Source: an uncultured Gammaproteobacteria bacterium (GTDB lineage Bacteria > Patescibacteriota > Microgenomatia > UBA12405 > JAHJSD01). Taken from it: a DNA stretch of 64,000 nucleotides. Within the stretch, counting starts at the first letter, position 1; each line of letters starts with the position of its first letter. Position numbers and translations under genes: made by a program. The notes under the pieces were generated by a model. It was given only the letters and a program-made list of their open reading frames with translations, was not told the DNA's origin and ran no database searches. Below, one piece after another: positions 7,923-17,851 of the stretch. The stretch is from positions 2,251 to 66,250 of the forward strand of contig CAYRYE010000002.1 of the NCBI GenBank assembly GCA_964428655.1, in the 5' to 3' direction.

Positions 7923-9140
7923 CTAAAACTGACTTGTTAAATTATAAATCGGCATAATGATCGCAATTACCAAAAAACCAACTCCCAGCCCTAATAAAAT
8001 CATGATAAGCGGCTCTATTGCGCTTGTCAAGGTTTTAACTCTCTGTTCTGCTTCCATTTCAAAATATCGCGAAATATTGTTTAAAATTTCATCCAACTTG
8101 CCGGTCTGCTCACCAGTAGCAACCAATTGGGAAACTATTGGCGGAAAAGCTGGATTCTCAGCAATTGAATCTGATAAAAGTAATCCTTTCTCCACCCTTT
8201 TTGCCGATCGGTTCAGACCTTGATGAAATACTTCGTTGCCCGAAGCTTCACCGACAATTTTTAAAGCATCCACTAGGGGAACTCCTGTTCCCAACAGGGT
8301 CCCCAATGTCCTGGATATCTCTGTTAGAATCATTGCCTTAGTCAGAGGACCCATAACAGGAACTTTTAATTTTAACTCGTCAAGTTTTTTTCTAGTTTCT
8401 TTGTTTTTCTGAGCGGCACGAAAAGCTATTACCAACCCAACAATTAACAAGGGAAACAACCAGACATTTCTAGAAACAAAATCAGCAATGCCGATTAAAA
8501 CTCTCGTTGCCAGCGGCATTTCGGTACCAAATTCAGAATAAAGTGAAGTCATCTTGGGAATTACAAAAATCATCATAATAAAACTAACCACAACCATACC
8601 GATAATAATGATTGCCGGATAGATCATGGCTCCTTTCACTTTGCCCACAAACTCCTTTTTTTTCTCTAAATTATTCGCTAGCCTAAGCAAAACTTTATCC
8701 AAAACCCCTCCTTCCTCACCAGCTTTAATTGAGGCGATATAAACATTTCCAAAAACTTTTTTCTCTTTCTCCAAGGCTTTTCCCAAAGGATCACCTCCCT
8801 GCACCTTGGCTAAAACCTCCTCAATTATCTGTTCCATCCTGCCGCTGACTTGTTCTTTAATCAGTCCAAGGGCTTCAGTTAGAGGCAAACCAACATTAAT
8901 CATTGTTGACAATTGTCTGGTAAAGCCTACTATTTGGTTCGAAGAAATCCGCATTAAAAAAATCGACCTGAAATAGCCCAAAATCGTTTTCCGCTGAGAC
9001 TCCAAAGACAAAACAACTAGATCTCTCTCCTTCAATAAAACAATGGCTCCCTTGCGCTCCTTTGCTTCAACAACACCCTTGATAGTTTTTCCCTGCCAAT
9101 TTTTAGCTTTGAAAACAAATTTCTTCATCTCATTTAGCAA
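7923..9140 (-). CDS. pilC: type IV pilus / type II secretion platform protein (GspF/PilC family)
   Basis: 405-aa polytopic protein with duplicated T2SS-F domains ('...LSTMINVGLPLTEAL...', '...LGTLLGTGVPLVDAL...'). Confidence 0.85.
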   Translation of the reverse strand: MLNEMKKFVFKAKNWQGKTIKGVVEAKERKGAIVLLKERDLVVLSLESQRKTILGYFRSIFLMRISSNQIVGFTRQLSTMINVGLPLTEALGLIKEQVSGRMEQIIEEVLAKVQGGDPLGKALEKEKKVFGNVYIASIKAGEEGGVLDKVLLRLANNLEKKKEFVGKVKGAMIYPAIIIIGMVVVSFIMMIFVIPKMTSLYSEFGTEMPLATRVLIGIADFVSRNVWLFPLLIVGLVIAFRAAQKNKETRKKLDELKLKVPVMGPLTKAMILTEISRTLGTLLGTGVPLVDALKIVGEASGNEVFHQGLNRSAKRVEKGLLLSDSIAENPAFPPIVSQLVATGEQTGKLDEILNNISRYFEMEAEQRVKTLTSAIEPLIMILLGLGVGFLVIAIIMPIYNLTSQF

Positions 9141-10206
9141 TCGTTATTTTTTGCTGTCTCAGATAACGATTAAGCTCGTCTGGCCTGATCGCATATGATT
9201 GAGCTGTTTCCAAATTGACTTTGCCTTGACGTATCCAACTTGCCAATGAGCGCTCCAAAAGGACCATGCCTGATTCTAAAGAGGTTTGAATTATATTATC
9301 GATCATGTGGGTTTTGTTCTCCCGGATAGCTGTTTTGACCGCGGGATTAGATAAGAGAATTTCTACTGCCGGCACTCGCGAATTGTCAACCGTCGGTATT
9401 AACCTCTGAGAAACAACCGCCCCTAAAACACTAGCTAATTGCAAACTAATCTGTCGCTTTGATCCTTCGGGAAAAACATCAATGATTCTATCGATTGTCT
9501 GAGGAGCTGAATTGGTGTGAAGGGTAGAAAGAACTAAATGACCGGTTTCAGCAATAGTCAGAGCTGAAGCAATCGTTTCTAAATCTCTCATTTCGCCGAC
9601 AAAAACAACATCAGGATCTTCTCTTAAACACGAACGCAAAGCCTTCTTCCAACTTAAAGTATCATGACCAACTTCCCTTTGAGAGATAATCGACTTTCGC
9701 GGTTCCAATATGTATTCAATCGGATCTTCAATGGAAACAATGTGAACTTTTTGATTCTCATTAATTTCTTTTAGGATCGAGGCCACTGTTGTTGATTTTC
9801 CATGACCGGTTGGCCCAGTCACCAGAATAAACCCTTGTCTTAAAGCGGCAAATTGATAAAGAATTTCAGGTAAATTCAATTCCTTGATAGTAGGAACCTC
9901 AGCCTGAATTGCCCTGAGGGCGATTGCCATACTGCCTTGGGCAAAATAGGCGTTGGCTCTAAAGCGGGAGCCATCCGGCAAGGCGTAAGAAAAATCTATC
10001 TCTTTATTGTCTAAAAACAATTGTTTTTGTTTTTCGTCTAAAGTGGCAAGAACCAGAGATTTTGCCTGTTCTGACTCAAGAACGCCGGCACCAGTAACGG
10101 CCTGTAGATCACCATTAATCCGCAATGTTGGTGGAATACCAACAATCAGGTGCAAATCAGAAGCTTTGTTTTTTATTGTTAATTCCAAAAGCTGTCTTAT
10201 ATTCAT
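9130..10206 (-). CDS. pilT: twitching-motility ATPase PilT
   Basis: Walker A 'GPTGHGKSTT'. 'VFVGEMRDLETI'. 'AETGHLVLSTLHTNSA'. 358 aa. Confidence 0.85.
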   Translation of the reverse strand: MNIRQLLELTIKNKASDLHLIVGIPPTLRINGDLQAVTGAGVLESEQAKSLVLATLDEKQKQLFLDNKEIDFSYALPDGSRFRANAYFAQGSMAIALRAIQAEVPTIKELNLPEILYQFAALRQGFILVTGPTGHGKSTTVASILKEINENQKVHIVSIEDPIEYILEPRKSIISQREVGHDTLSWKKALRSCLREDPDVVFVGEMRDLETIASALTIAETGHLVLSTLHTNSAPQTIDRIIDVFPEGSKRQISLQLASVLGAVVSQRLIPTVDNSRVPAVEILLSNPAVKTAIRENKTHMIDNIIQTSLESGMVLLERSLASWIRQGKVNLETAQSYAIRPDELNRYLRQQKITIAK

Positions 10207-10208
10207 GT

Positions 10209-11942
10209 TTAGAATTCTGCTACTCGCAAGACCTCCTCAATAGTGGTGATTCCTTCCAAAACTTTTAAATATCCATCCTGCTTGATGGTAATCATGCCTT
10301 TTTTTCTAGCCTCTCTCTCAATATCTAAAGCCGCTGATTTCTCAATAATTAACTTTGAAATTTGTTCATCAATCTCCATCACTTCAAAAATGCCAATCCT
10401 GCCATGATAACCAGTTTTCCCACACTCGTCACAACCCTTACCTCTCCAAAAGGTTAACTCATTTCTTACCGTCTGCTTCTGCTGACTTCCCAAGGCTGTT
10501 TGATAAAGGTTGCCCAAAACAGCTTTAAAGTTTTCAATTACTTTTGCATCTGGAAGATAACTTTCCTTACAATTAGAACAAATCTTGCGCAAAACCCTTT
10601 GGGCAACAACACAGGTTAAAGACGATACTAACAAGAAAGGCTCCGCTCCCATATCAATCAGTCGAGGCGGCGCCCCGGCGGCATCATTAGTGTGAAGGGT
10701 AGAAAAAACTAAATGGCCAGTTAGGGCGGCATGAACAGCCAACTGGGTGGTTTCTTCATCTCTGATCTCACCAACCATAATGATATCTGGATCCTGACGC
10801 AGAAATGAACGAAGAGCTGAAGAAAAAGTCAAGCCTGCCTGAGGATTTACTTGGACCTGATTAACTCCTTCCAATTGATACTCAACTGGATCTTCAATCG
10901 TCATCACATTAACTTTAATCGTACTTATTTTGCGCAGGGCTGAATACAAAGTAGTTGTTTTCCCTGAACCAGTTGGGCCGCAAACAATTAACATTCCCTG
11001 GGGTCGGCTTATAGCCTCCTGGACACTTCTCAATCCTCTTCCCCTAAGGCCCAGCTCCGTTAAGCTGGGAATTTTTGACTGTTTTTTCAAAAGCCGCATC
11101 ACTGTCTTTTCCCCATAAACTGTTGGGGCAGTCGAAACTCGCAGATCAACCTCATCGCCATCAGCAATAAAATTAAACCTCCCATCTTGGGGAATCCTTC
11201 TTTCGTCAATCTTCATATCAGATAAAATCTTTATTCTGGAAACTACGGCATCATGAACGCGTTTGGGTAAAATCAGTTTTTCTTGAAGGATTCCATCAAC
11301 GCGATACCGGACTCGTGTGTCTTTTTCTTGAGGCTCAATGTGAACATCTGAAGCCCGAGAACGAATGGCAAATTGTAAAATTGTCGAAACAACCTTAGCT
11401 ACCGGAGCCTCACGGATTACCTCATCTATATGCTCAAGATCAAGTAATTTACCCTTCTTTTCAGTTTCTTTCAATGCATGCTTTACTTGGGTCGTCAACT
11501 CTTGGTCATATCTGTCACTGATGGCTCTCTTTACCTGCTCAAGCAAAGCCATGTGGGGCACAATTCTCATTTCTGTTTTTTTCTCCAAAAACTCGATTGT
11601 CTCCAAATCCAAGGGATTAGCCATGGCCACCAAAAGCCTTTTTGTCTTTTCGTCAAAATCAAAGGGAATTAACCAATACTTCTCTGCTACACTCCGGGGA
11701 ACAAAGGAAACCGATACTGGAGAAAAGCCAACCTTGTCTAGATCAACAAATGGAACTCCATATAACTCTGCTTTTGCCTGGAAAATTTTTTCTCTACCAG
11801 CCAGCTTCTTCTTCTCAATGATTTCTTCTTCTGCCTCGCCAGTCTGTAAATGAAAAAGCTCTATTTTCTTAGCCTGCTCTTCGGTCAATATGCCTTTTTC
11901 TTTCAAAATAGAAGCGATTGTTCTTTTGGTTATAGCTGTCAT
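10209..11942 (-). CDS. pilB: type IV pilus assembly ATPase PilB (GspE family)
   Basis: Walker A 'CGPTGSGKTTTLY'. 'MVGEIRDEETTQLAVHAALTGHLVFSTLHTND'. Tetracysteine 'CSNC...CDEC'. N-terminal GSPII_E_N-like region. Confidence 0.85.
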   Translation of the reverse strand: MTAITKRTIASILKEKGILTEEQAKKIELFHLQTGEAEEEIIEKKKLAGREKIFQAKAELYGVPFVDLDKVGFSPVSVSFVPRSVAEKYWLIPFDFDEKTKRLLVAMANPLDLETIEFLEKKTEMRIVPHMALLEQVKRAISDRYDQELTTQVKHALKETEKKGKLLDLEHIDEVIREAPVAKVVSTILQFAIRSRASDVHIEPQEKDTRVRYRVDGILQEKLILPKRVHDAVVSRIKILSDMKIDERRIPQDGRFNFIADGDEVDLRVSTAPTVYGEKTVMRLLKKQSKIPSLTELGLRGRGLRSVQEAISRPQGMLIVCGPTGSGKTTTLYSALRKISTIKVNVMTIEDPVEYQLEGVNQVQVNPQAGLTFSSALRSFLRQDPDIIMVGEIRDEETTQLAVHAALTGHLVFSTLHTNDAAGAPPRLIDMGAEPFLLVSSLTCVVAQRVLRKICSNCKESYLPDAKVIENFKAVLGNLYQTALGSQQKQTVRNELTFWRGKGCDECGKTGYHGRIGIFEVMEIDEQISKLIIEKSAALDIEREARKKGMITIKQDGYLKVLEGITTIEEVLRVAEF

Positions 11943-12017
11943 CGCTACTATTCATATTGGCACAACAAAAAAACAAATTCAAGAGCGCCAAAAATGTTAG
12001 AATAGCAATAATAGATT

Positions 12018-12653
12018 ATGGCGCATATCATTATCGGTGGCACCAGTAGGCAACAACGAAAAAGGGTTCAAAAAATCGTTGAAAAACCGAGTGCCGATCT
12101 CAATAGAAATAATCCTGATTTTATAAAAATAGAATCAGAAAACAGTATTGGGATTGAGGTAATTCGCCAAATTAAAAGATTCCTTTCTAAGAAAAGCTGG
12201 CAGGGCGGGAGTAAAAAATTGGTAGTCGTGTATGATGCTCATAAAATGACTGTTGAGGCTCAAAATGCCTTTCTTAAAACTTTAGAAGAGCCTCCTCCTG
12301 ATTCCTTGATCATTTTAACTGTCAATAATAAAACATCGTTATTGCCAACAATTATTTCTCGCTGTCAGATAATTAAAATCAAAACTAAAACAAAGCAAAA
12401 ACTCAAAGGTTATTGGCAGAAATGGCAAGAAATAACAACCAGTCCTCTTAATAAAAGATTAGACCAAACACCCCAACAACTTGAAAAATGGATTAATAAC
12501 TATATTCTAGTGCTCCAAAAACAACTAACCAAGCCAAACGAAAATACAAAACAGATATCCAATTGGCTAAAAGAATTAATCATTGCTAAGCAAATGCTTG
12601 CAAATAATGTCAATCAACAAAGAGTCGCTGATTGGTTAATGATCAGAATATAG
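12018..12653 (+). CDS. holB: DNA polymerase III delta-prime-like clamp-loader subunit
   Basis: 'LKTLEEPP' motif and 'ISRCQIIKIK' sensor-2-like region. Short form without a canonical Walker A. Confidence 0.55.
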   Translation: MAHIIIGGTSRQQRKRVQKIVEKPSADLNRNNPDFIKIESENSIGIEVIRQIKRFLSKKSWQGGSKKLVVVYDAHKMTVEAQNAFLKTLEEPPPDSLIILTVNNKTSLLPTIISRCQIIKIKTKTKQKLKGYWQKWQEITTSPLNKRLDQTPQQLEKWINNYILVLQKQLTKPNENTKQISNWLKELIIAKQMLANNVNQQRVADWLMIRI

Positions 12654-12668
12654 TAAAATAAATAATAA

Positions 12669-13745
12669 ATGTTCCAGCCAAAATTTACTATCACCAGCAA
12701 AATCCTTCAAAATATTTCCCGAGTTGAGGGGTCTAGGGCGATTATTGACGCCTCACCCATTATCCCTGCCTATAAAAAACAATTTCAACAGGACGCCATT
12801 GTCCGCGCAGTCCATTATGGCACTAAACTGGAGGGCAATGATCTGAGTTTCAACCAAGTAGCCAAAGTAATTGAAGGCAAAAGAGTCCTAGCCGCTAAAA
12901 GAGACATTCAAGAAGTAATTAACTACCGTGAAGTAATGAATTTTTTAGAAAGAAAAGTCGCTAACCCTGAAAAAAAAGAAAATCTCTACTCTGAAGATAA
13001 TTTACTCAAAATCCACCGCCTGACGGTAGAGAAAATCGTTCCTCAAAAACAAACCGGACGCTTCCGTAAAATGCAAGTTACTATTCGCAACAGCGCCACT
13101 GATGAAATTTTCTTCCGACCGCCTTCTCCGGTTGAAGTTCCTTATCTTATCGGGGACTTTTTCTCTTGGCTGAACAGCCGGCCGGCCCAGCAAGTTCACT
13201 CAATCCTTCGCTCAGGCATTACTCACTATATTCTAGTCGCCATTCACCCCTTTACTGAGGGCAATGGTCGAACTTCCCGAGCCATGGCAACTTTGGTTCT
13301 AATGGCAGAAGGATATAATATCAAACGCCTCTTTGCCCTTGAGGAATATTTCGATCATCATGCCGAAGAATATTACAACTCCCTTCAGGCTGTTTCACTC
13401 CAACCAGGCGAACTCAGCCAAAAAGATCAAACTCCCTGGCTGGAATTACTCACCACCGCCCTTGTCACCGAATTCAAAAAGATCGAAGAAAAGGTACGCC
13501 AATTATCATCTGACATTCACTTAAAGAAAAAGCTGGGAGATAAACAAATTCCCATCAATGAAAGACAGATTAAATTGGTTGAACACATGCGCCAGTTCGG
13601 CGCTCTAACCATGTCTGATGCTCAAGAAATCGTCCCCATGGTTTCTGACGATACTATTTGGCGGGATTTAAGAAAGCTAATCGAGACCGGCATTGTTGAA
13701 AAAAAAGGAAGCACTAAAGGCGCTTATTACCGTTTGGTTAGCTAA
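12669..13745 (+). CDS. Fic-family protein (AMPylase-type) with C-terminal winged-helix domain
   Basis: Canonical Fic motif 'HPFTEGNGRTSRA' (HxFx[DE]GNGRxxR). Confidence 0.8.
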   Translation: MFQPKFTITSKILQNISRVEGSRAIIDASPIIPAYKKQFQQDAIVRAVHYGTKLEGNDLSFNQVAKVIEGKRVLAAKRDIQEVINYREVMNFLERKVANPEKKENLYSEDNLLKIHRLTVEKIVPQKQTGRFRKMQVTIRNSATDEIFFRPPSPVEVPYLIGDFFSWLNSRPAQQVHSILRSGITHYILVAIHPFTEGNGRTSRAMATLVLMAEGYNIKRLFALEEYFDHHAEEYYNSLQAVSLQPGELSQKDQTPWLELLTTALVTEFKKIEEKVRQLSSDIHLKKKLGDKQIPINERQIKLVEHMRQFGALTMSDAQEIVPMVSDDTIWRDLRKLIETGIVEKKGSTKGAYYRLVS

Positions 13746-13747
13746 TC

Positions 13748-15496
13748 ATGAAAATAAGGGAATTTACCAAATACCTGGTTAAACTGGAAGAAACTGCCGC
13801 TAGAAACGAAATCACTGTCATTTTGGCCAATCTGTTTAATCAAGCCTCAGTTAAAGAAATTGATAAGATATGCTATTTGGTTTTAGGTCAATTAGCTCCG
13901 CTCCATCGCTCAATCGAATTTAATTTAGCGGAAAAAATGATGATTCGGGTTTTAGCTCATACCTTTAAAAAACCAAAAAAAAAGGTACTTAGGTTATTTA
14001 AAAAAGTAGGCGATCTGGGTGACATCGCCCATCAATTATCAAATAAAAAGAAAGCCAAACCATTAAAGATCAGCGAGCTTTACACTGAACTCGCTACTAT
14101 TGCTAAACAAGGGGGGTTGGGATCGCAGGAAAGAAAAATAAAATTGTTTTCCCAGCTTATTGATAAACTCGATCCTTTAGCCGCTAAATATATAGTCAGA
14201 ATCCCAATGGCAAAGCTAAGGCTGGGCTTTTCCGATCTGACTATTCTTGATGCTCTTTCCTGGATGAAAAGCGGTGATAAAACTCTAAGGCCAAAATTAG
14301 AAAGGGCCTACAGTGTCAGTGCCGATATCGGTCTAGTGGCAAAAATCTTTAAGGAAAAAGGGGTAAAAGGGATTGAAAAAATAACTCCTCAAGTCGGCAT
14401 TCCCATCAGGCCCGCCTTGGCAGGAAGGTTAAACAACTCAGAAGAAATTATCGCCAAGCTAGAAAAACATGCCATCGAATGTAAATACGATGGTCTAAGA
14501 GTGCAAATACATATAGATAAAAACCGTTTTTTTAAAGAACAAGGTGATTCATTATTTAAAGATCAGAAATCATATGTTCGAATCTTTTCCAGAAGAATGG
14601 ATGATACTACTAATATGTTCCCTGATATTGCTAGTGCTGTCCAAGATTTAGCGGTAAAATCAGCCATTTTTGATGGTGAAGCAATTGGATTTGATCCAAA
14701 AACCGGAAAATTCCTACCATTTCAAGAAACAGCTCAGAGAAAAAGAAAATATGATATCAAGAAAACAGCTAAGAAAATACCCCTGAAGGCATTCCTCTTT
14801 GATTTGCTTTATCTTAACGGCAAATCTCTTCTAAAGAAACCCTTTAAAGAAAGAAGGCAGGCTTTGGAAAAAATCCTTAAAAAGCAAAAAAAAGGCCGGA
14901 CAATTAATCTCACTCCTCAGAGAATAGTTAAAAACCAAAAAGAAATCGATGAATACTTTCAGGAATGTGTTAAACAAGGGTTTGAGGGCACTTTATCGAA
15001 AAAGCTGGATAGTCCTTATCAGGCCGGAGCAAGAGATTTTACCTGGGTTAAATATAAACGGGCCATGAAATCTAAACTGGTTGATACAGTTGATTGTTTG
15101 GTTTTGGGCTACTACCGAGGCAAAGGAAAGCGATCTAAGTTCGGCATTGGCGCCTTCCTAACAGGCATTTGGGAGCCAAAGAAAAGAGCTTTCCTGACGA
15201 TTGCTAAAATTGGTACTGGTTTAACCGATAATCAGTGGAAAGAAATCCGTCAAAAAGCAGACAAAATCAAAGCTAAAGAAAAACCAAAGCAGTATCAAGT
15301 CCCCAAGGAGCTTGCCCCTGATGTTTGGGCCAATCCAGAAATAGTAGTAGAAATCAAGGCTGATGAAGTCACCAAATCGCCAATCCACTCAAGTAAATAT
15401 GCTCTTCGCTTCCCAAGAATGGAGCGGTTTAGGGCCAAAAAGATAGAAGACGTTACCAGTTTGAATGAGATTATAAAACTGTATAAAATGCAATAA
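13748..15496 (+). CDS. lig: ATP-dependent DNA ligase (archaeal/eukaryal type)
   Basis: Adenylation motif I 'KYDGLRVQIH' (KxDG). 582 aa with N-terminal DNA-binding, adenylation and OB domains. Confidence 0.8.
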   Translation: MKIREFTKYLVKLEETAARNEITVILANLFNQASVKEIDKICYLVLGQLAPLHRSIEFNLAEKMMIRVLAHTFKKPKKKVLRLFKKVGDLGDIAHQLSNKKKAKPLKISELYTELATIAKQGGLGSQERKIKLFSQLIDKLDPLAAKYIVRIPMAKLRLGFSDLTILDALSWMKSGDKTLRPKLERAYSVSADIGLVAKIFKEKGVKGIEKITPQVGIPIRPALAGRLNNSEEIIAKLEKHAIECKYDGLRVQIHIDKNRFFKEQGDSLFKDQKSYVRIFSRRMDDTTNMFPDIASAVQDLAVKSAIFDGEAIGFDPKTGKFLPFQETAQRKRKYDIKKTAKKIPLKAFLFDLLYLNGKSLLKKPFKERRQALEKILKKQKKGRTINLTPQRIVKNQKEIDEYFQECVKQGFEGTLSKKLDSPYQAGARDFTWVKYKRAMKSKLVDTVDCLVLGYYRGKGKRSKFGIGAFLTGIWEPKKRAFLTIAKIGTGLTDNQWKEIRQKADKIKAKEKPKQYQVPKELAPDVWANPEIVVEIKADEVTKSPIHSSKYALRFPRMERFRAKKIEDVTSLNEIIKLYKMQ

Positions 15497-15499
15497 GTT

Positions 15500-16459
15500 A
15501 TGTATCTTCATTTTGTATTATTAATCACTTTTTCTATTATCCTAGCTCTTTCTACTACTTTGGTCTTAAAATCAATAAAAGAACTCTCAAAAACAACAGG
15601 ACTAAATAACTATTATCTGTCAGGCTTAATTCTGGCAATGGGAACCTCCTTGCCAGAATTACTTATTGCCATTCAATCAGCCATGGCAAACCAAGCCTCC
15701 CTTTCACTGGGCAATGTTTTGGGCAGCAACATTGCCAATTTATCAATAGTTATTGGCGGAGCAACACTCCTGGGGGGAAGTCTGAAAATAGGGAAAAATG
15801 TTATTAGCAACGACATTTACTATGCCTTCTTAATAAGCGCCGCTCCATTGATGCTCTTGATCGACGGCAAACTTAGTCGCCTAGATGGTATTCTGCTTCT
15901 TGCCCTCTTTATTCTTTGGCAAGCGATTTCTTTGAAACTTAATCACAAGAAACAAGGCGGCAGGGTTTTCGCTTTCTTAAAACAAGGCGTAGATCAAAAA
16001 GAAGCACCCAATAACTTTGCCCCCACTTTTGCCAGATTAAGTGTTGGCTTAACAGGATTATTATTTGCTTCCCATCAATTAGTCAAAAGCGCCCGCTTCC
16101 TTGCCCTTGAATTCAACATCTCTCCCTTAATCGTCGGCGTTTTCATTATTGGCCTGGGAAGCTCAATGCCGGAATTAGCTTTAGAGGCAAAAGCAATCAA
16201 AAACAAGGAATCGGAAATAGCCTTAGGTGATCTTTTGGGGTCAATTGTTATCAACTCCTCTTTAATCGCCGGCATTACCACCATCTCAAATACAGTCATT
16301 TTATCCCAACCCCAGTTATACTTAACTACCACTTTGTTCTTTCTGCTGATATTCTTCATTTTTTACCTTTTCATTCGCACTAAAAATATACTAGAAAGAT
16401 GGGAAGGGGCAATATTATTAATGCTCTACTTTATTCTAGTGGCAGTAGAACTTTTATGA
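15500..16459 (+). CDS. Ca2+/cation antiporter (CaCA family, YrbG-like) membrane protein
   Basis: Two alpha-repeats: 'GTSLPELLIAI...GNVLGSNIANLSIVIG' and 'GSSMPELALE...GDLLGSIVINSSLIAG'. Confidence 0.7.
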   Translation: MYLHFVLLITFSIILALSTTLVLKSIKELSKTTGLNNYYLSGLILAMGTSLPELLIAIQSAMANQASLSLGNVLGSNIANLSIVIGGATLLGGSLKIGKNVISNDIYYAFLISAAPLMLLIDGKLSRLDGILLLALFILWQAISLKLNHKKQGGRVFAFLKQGVDQKEAPNNFAPTFARLSVGLTGLLFASHQLVKSARFLALEFNISPLIVGVFIIGLGSSMPELALEAKAIKNKESEIALGDLLGSIVINSSLIAGITTISNTVILSQPQLYLTTTLFFLLIFFIFYLFIRTKNILERWEGAILLMLYFILVAVELL

Positions 16460-17757
16460 AATTTATCGCCGATCTTCATTTTCACTCCAAATACTCACGA
16501 GCGGTTAGTCCCCAGATGGAATTGGTTAACTTGGCAGAGTGGGGGAGAAAAAAAGGAATTGACATTTTAACCACCACTGATTTTACCCATCCTCTTTGGT
16601 TCCGGGAAATAAAAGTAAAACTAAAAGAAATTCGTTCGGGAATCTATCAATTAAACAAAAACGGGCTTTGCTTTATCCTTACCACCGAAATTTCTTTAAT
16701 TTTTCCTCAACACCGGATCCACCTTATTATTTTAGCTCCAAATTTAAATGTAGTTGGGAAAATTAATCAAGTTTTAACTAGGCGAAACTTCAACTTGCTT
16801 TCTGATGGCCGGCCAATTTTTGGTATCTCCGCTCATGATTTTGTTGGTTTGATAAAAGATATTGACCCTTTAATAACTTTTATTCCCGCGCATATTTGGA
16901 CCCCATGGTTTTCCCTTTATGGATCGCGTTCGGGCTTTGATTCTATTAATCAATGTTTTGGCGAATATGCTTCGGAAATTCCGGCCATTGAAACAGGTCT
17001 CTCCAGCGATCCATTAATGAACTGGCAGATTAAAGAGCTTGACTCAAAAACCATCATCAGCGGTTCAGACTCACATAGTCTTAAAAATCTAGGCCGTAAT
17101 GCCACCATTTTTGAACTGCCAAAAAACTTCACCTATCAAGATATTGTCACTGCTTTGAAAACTCCTTATTCTGAAAATTTAAAATCAAAACCTCACGTTT
17201 CTCTTACTATTGAATTCTACCCGGAACAAGGAAAATATCATTACACCGGCCATCGCAAATGCGGTGTTTGCCACTCCCCGGAAGACTCAGAAAAACTAGG
17301 CACTACCTGTCCGGTTTGCGGTAAACCTCTCACGGTAGGTGTAATGCACCAAGTTAAAAAACTTTCTAGAAAAGAAAAAATTAATCCTAAAGTAAAAGAA
17401 GTCAATGGCTTAAGAATTTTTTATCACCCGGAAAATCTTCACCATCCCTTTATCTCTTTAATCCAATTAAGAGAAATTATTTCTGAAGTCGAAGGAGTCG
17501 GACCCCAATCTCAAAAAGTGAAAAACAAATATAATTTGGCTATTGGCCAGCTTGGAAATGAGTTAAACATTCTTACAAAAATTCCGATTTCAACGATATC
17601 TAAAATTTTAGGAGAAAGAATTGCTGAAGGGATAGAAAAAAACAGAAAAGGAGATATCTATATCGGCCCGGGTTATGACGGAATTTACGGCAAGGTTAAA
17701 GTGTGGAAAAAAGAAGAAAAGACGGGAAGCGAAAAAGAGCAAATAGCCCTATTTTAA
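16456..17757 (+). CDS. PHP-domain nuclease, endonuclease Q (TIGR00375)-like
   Basis: N-terminal PHP motif 'DLHFHSKYSRA'. Zn-ribbon 'CGVCHSP...CPVCGKP'. Start at 16456 overlaps the upstream stop (ATGA). Confidence 0.55.
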   Translation: MKFIADLHFHSKYSRAVSPQMELVNLAEWGRKKGIDILTTTDFTHPLWFREIKVKLKEIRSGIYQLNKNGLCFILTTEISLIFPQHRIHLIILAPNLNVVGKINQVLTRRNFNLLSDGRPIFGISAHDFVGLIKDIDPLITFIPAHIWTPWFSLYGSRSGFDSINQCFGEYASEIPAIETGLSSDPLMNWQIKELDSKTIISGSDSHSLKNLGRNATIFELPKNFTYQDIVTALKTPYSENLKSKPHVSLTIEFYPEQGKYHYTGHRKCGVCHSPEDSEKLGTTCPVCGKPLTVGVMHQVKKLSRKEKINPKVKEVNGLRIFYHPENLHHPFISLIQLREIISEVEGVGPQSQKVKNKYNLAIGQLGNELNILTKIPISTISKILGERIAEGIEKNRKGDIYIGPGYDGIYGKVKVWKKEEKTGSEKEQIALF

Positions 17758-17776
17758 TGGTAAAATATGAACAATC

Positions 17777-17847
17777 GGGCTTGTAGGTAAATGGCATACC
17801 ACTCCGGTCGCATCGGAGAATTCCGGGTTCAACTCCCGGCAAGTCCA
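17777..17847 (+). tRNA. tRNA-Ala (anticodon CGC)
   Basis: Hand-folded cloverleaf. Acceptor GGGCTTG/CAAGTCC with the G3:U70 Ala identity pair. D-stem GGTA/TACC. Anticodon loop GTCGCAT. T-arm CCGGG-TTCAACT-CCCGG. Discriminator A. CCA not encoded. Confidence 0.7.
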
Positions 17848-17851
17848 CACC

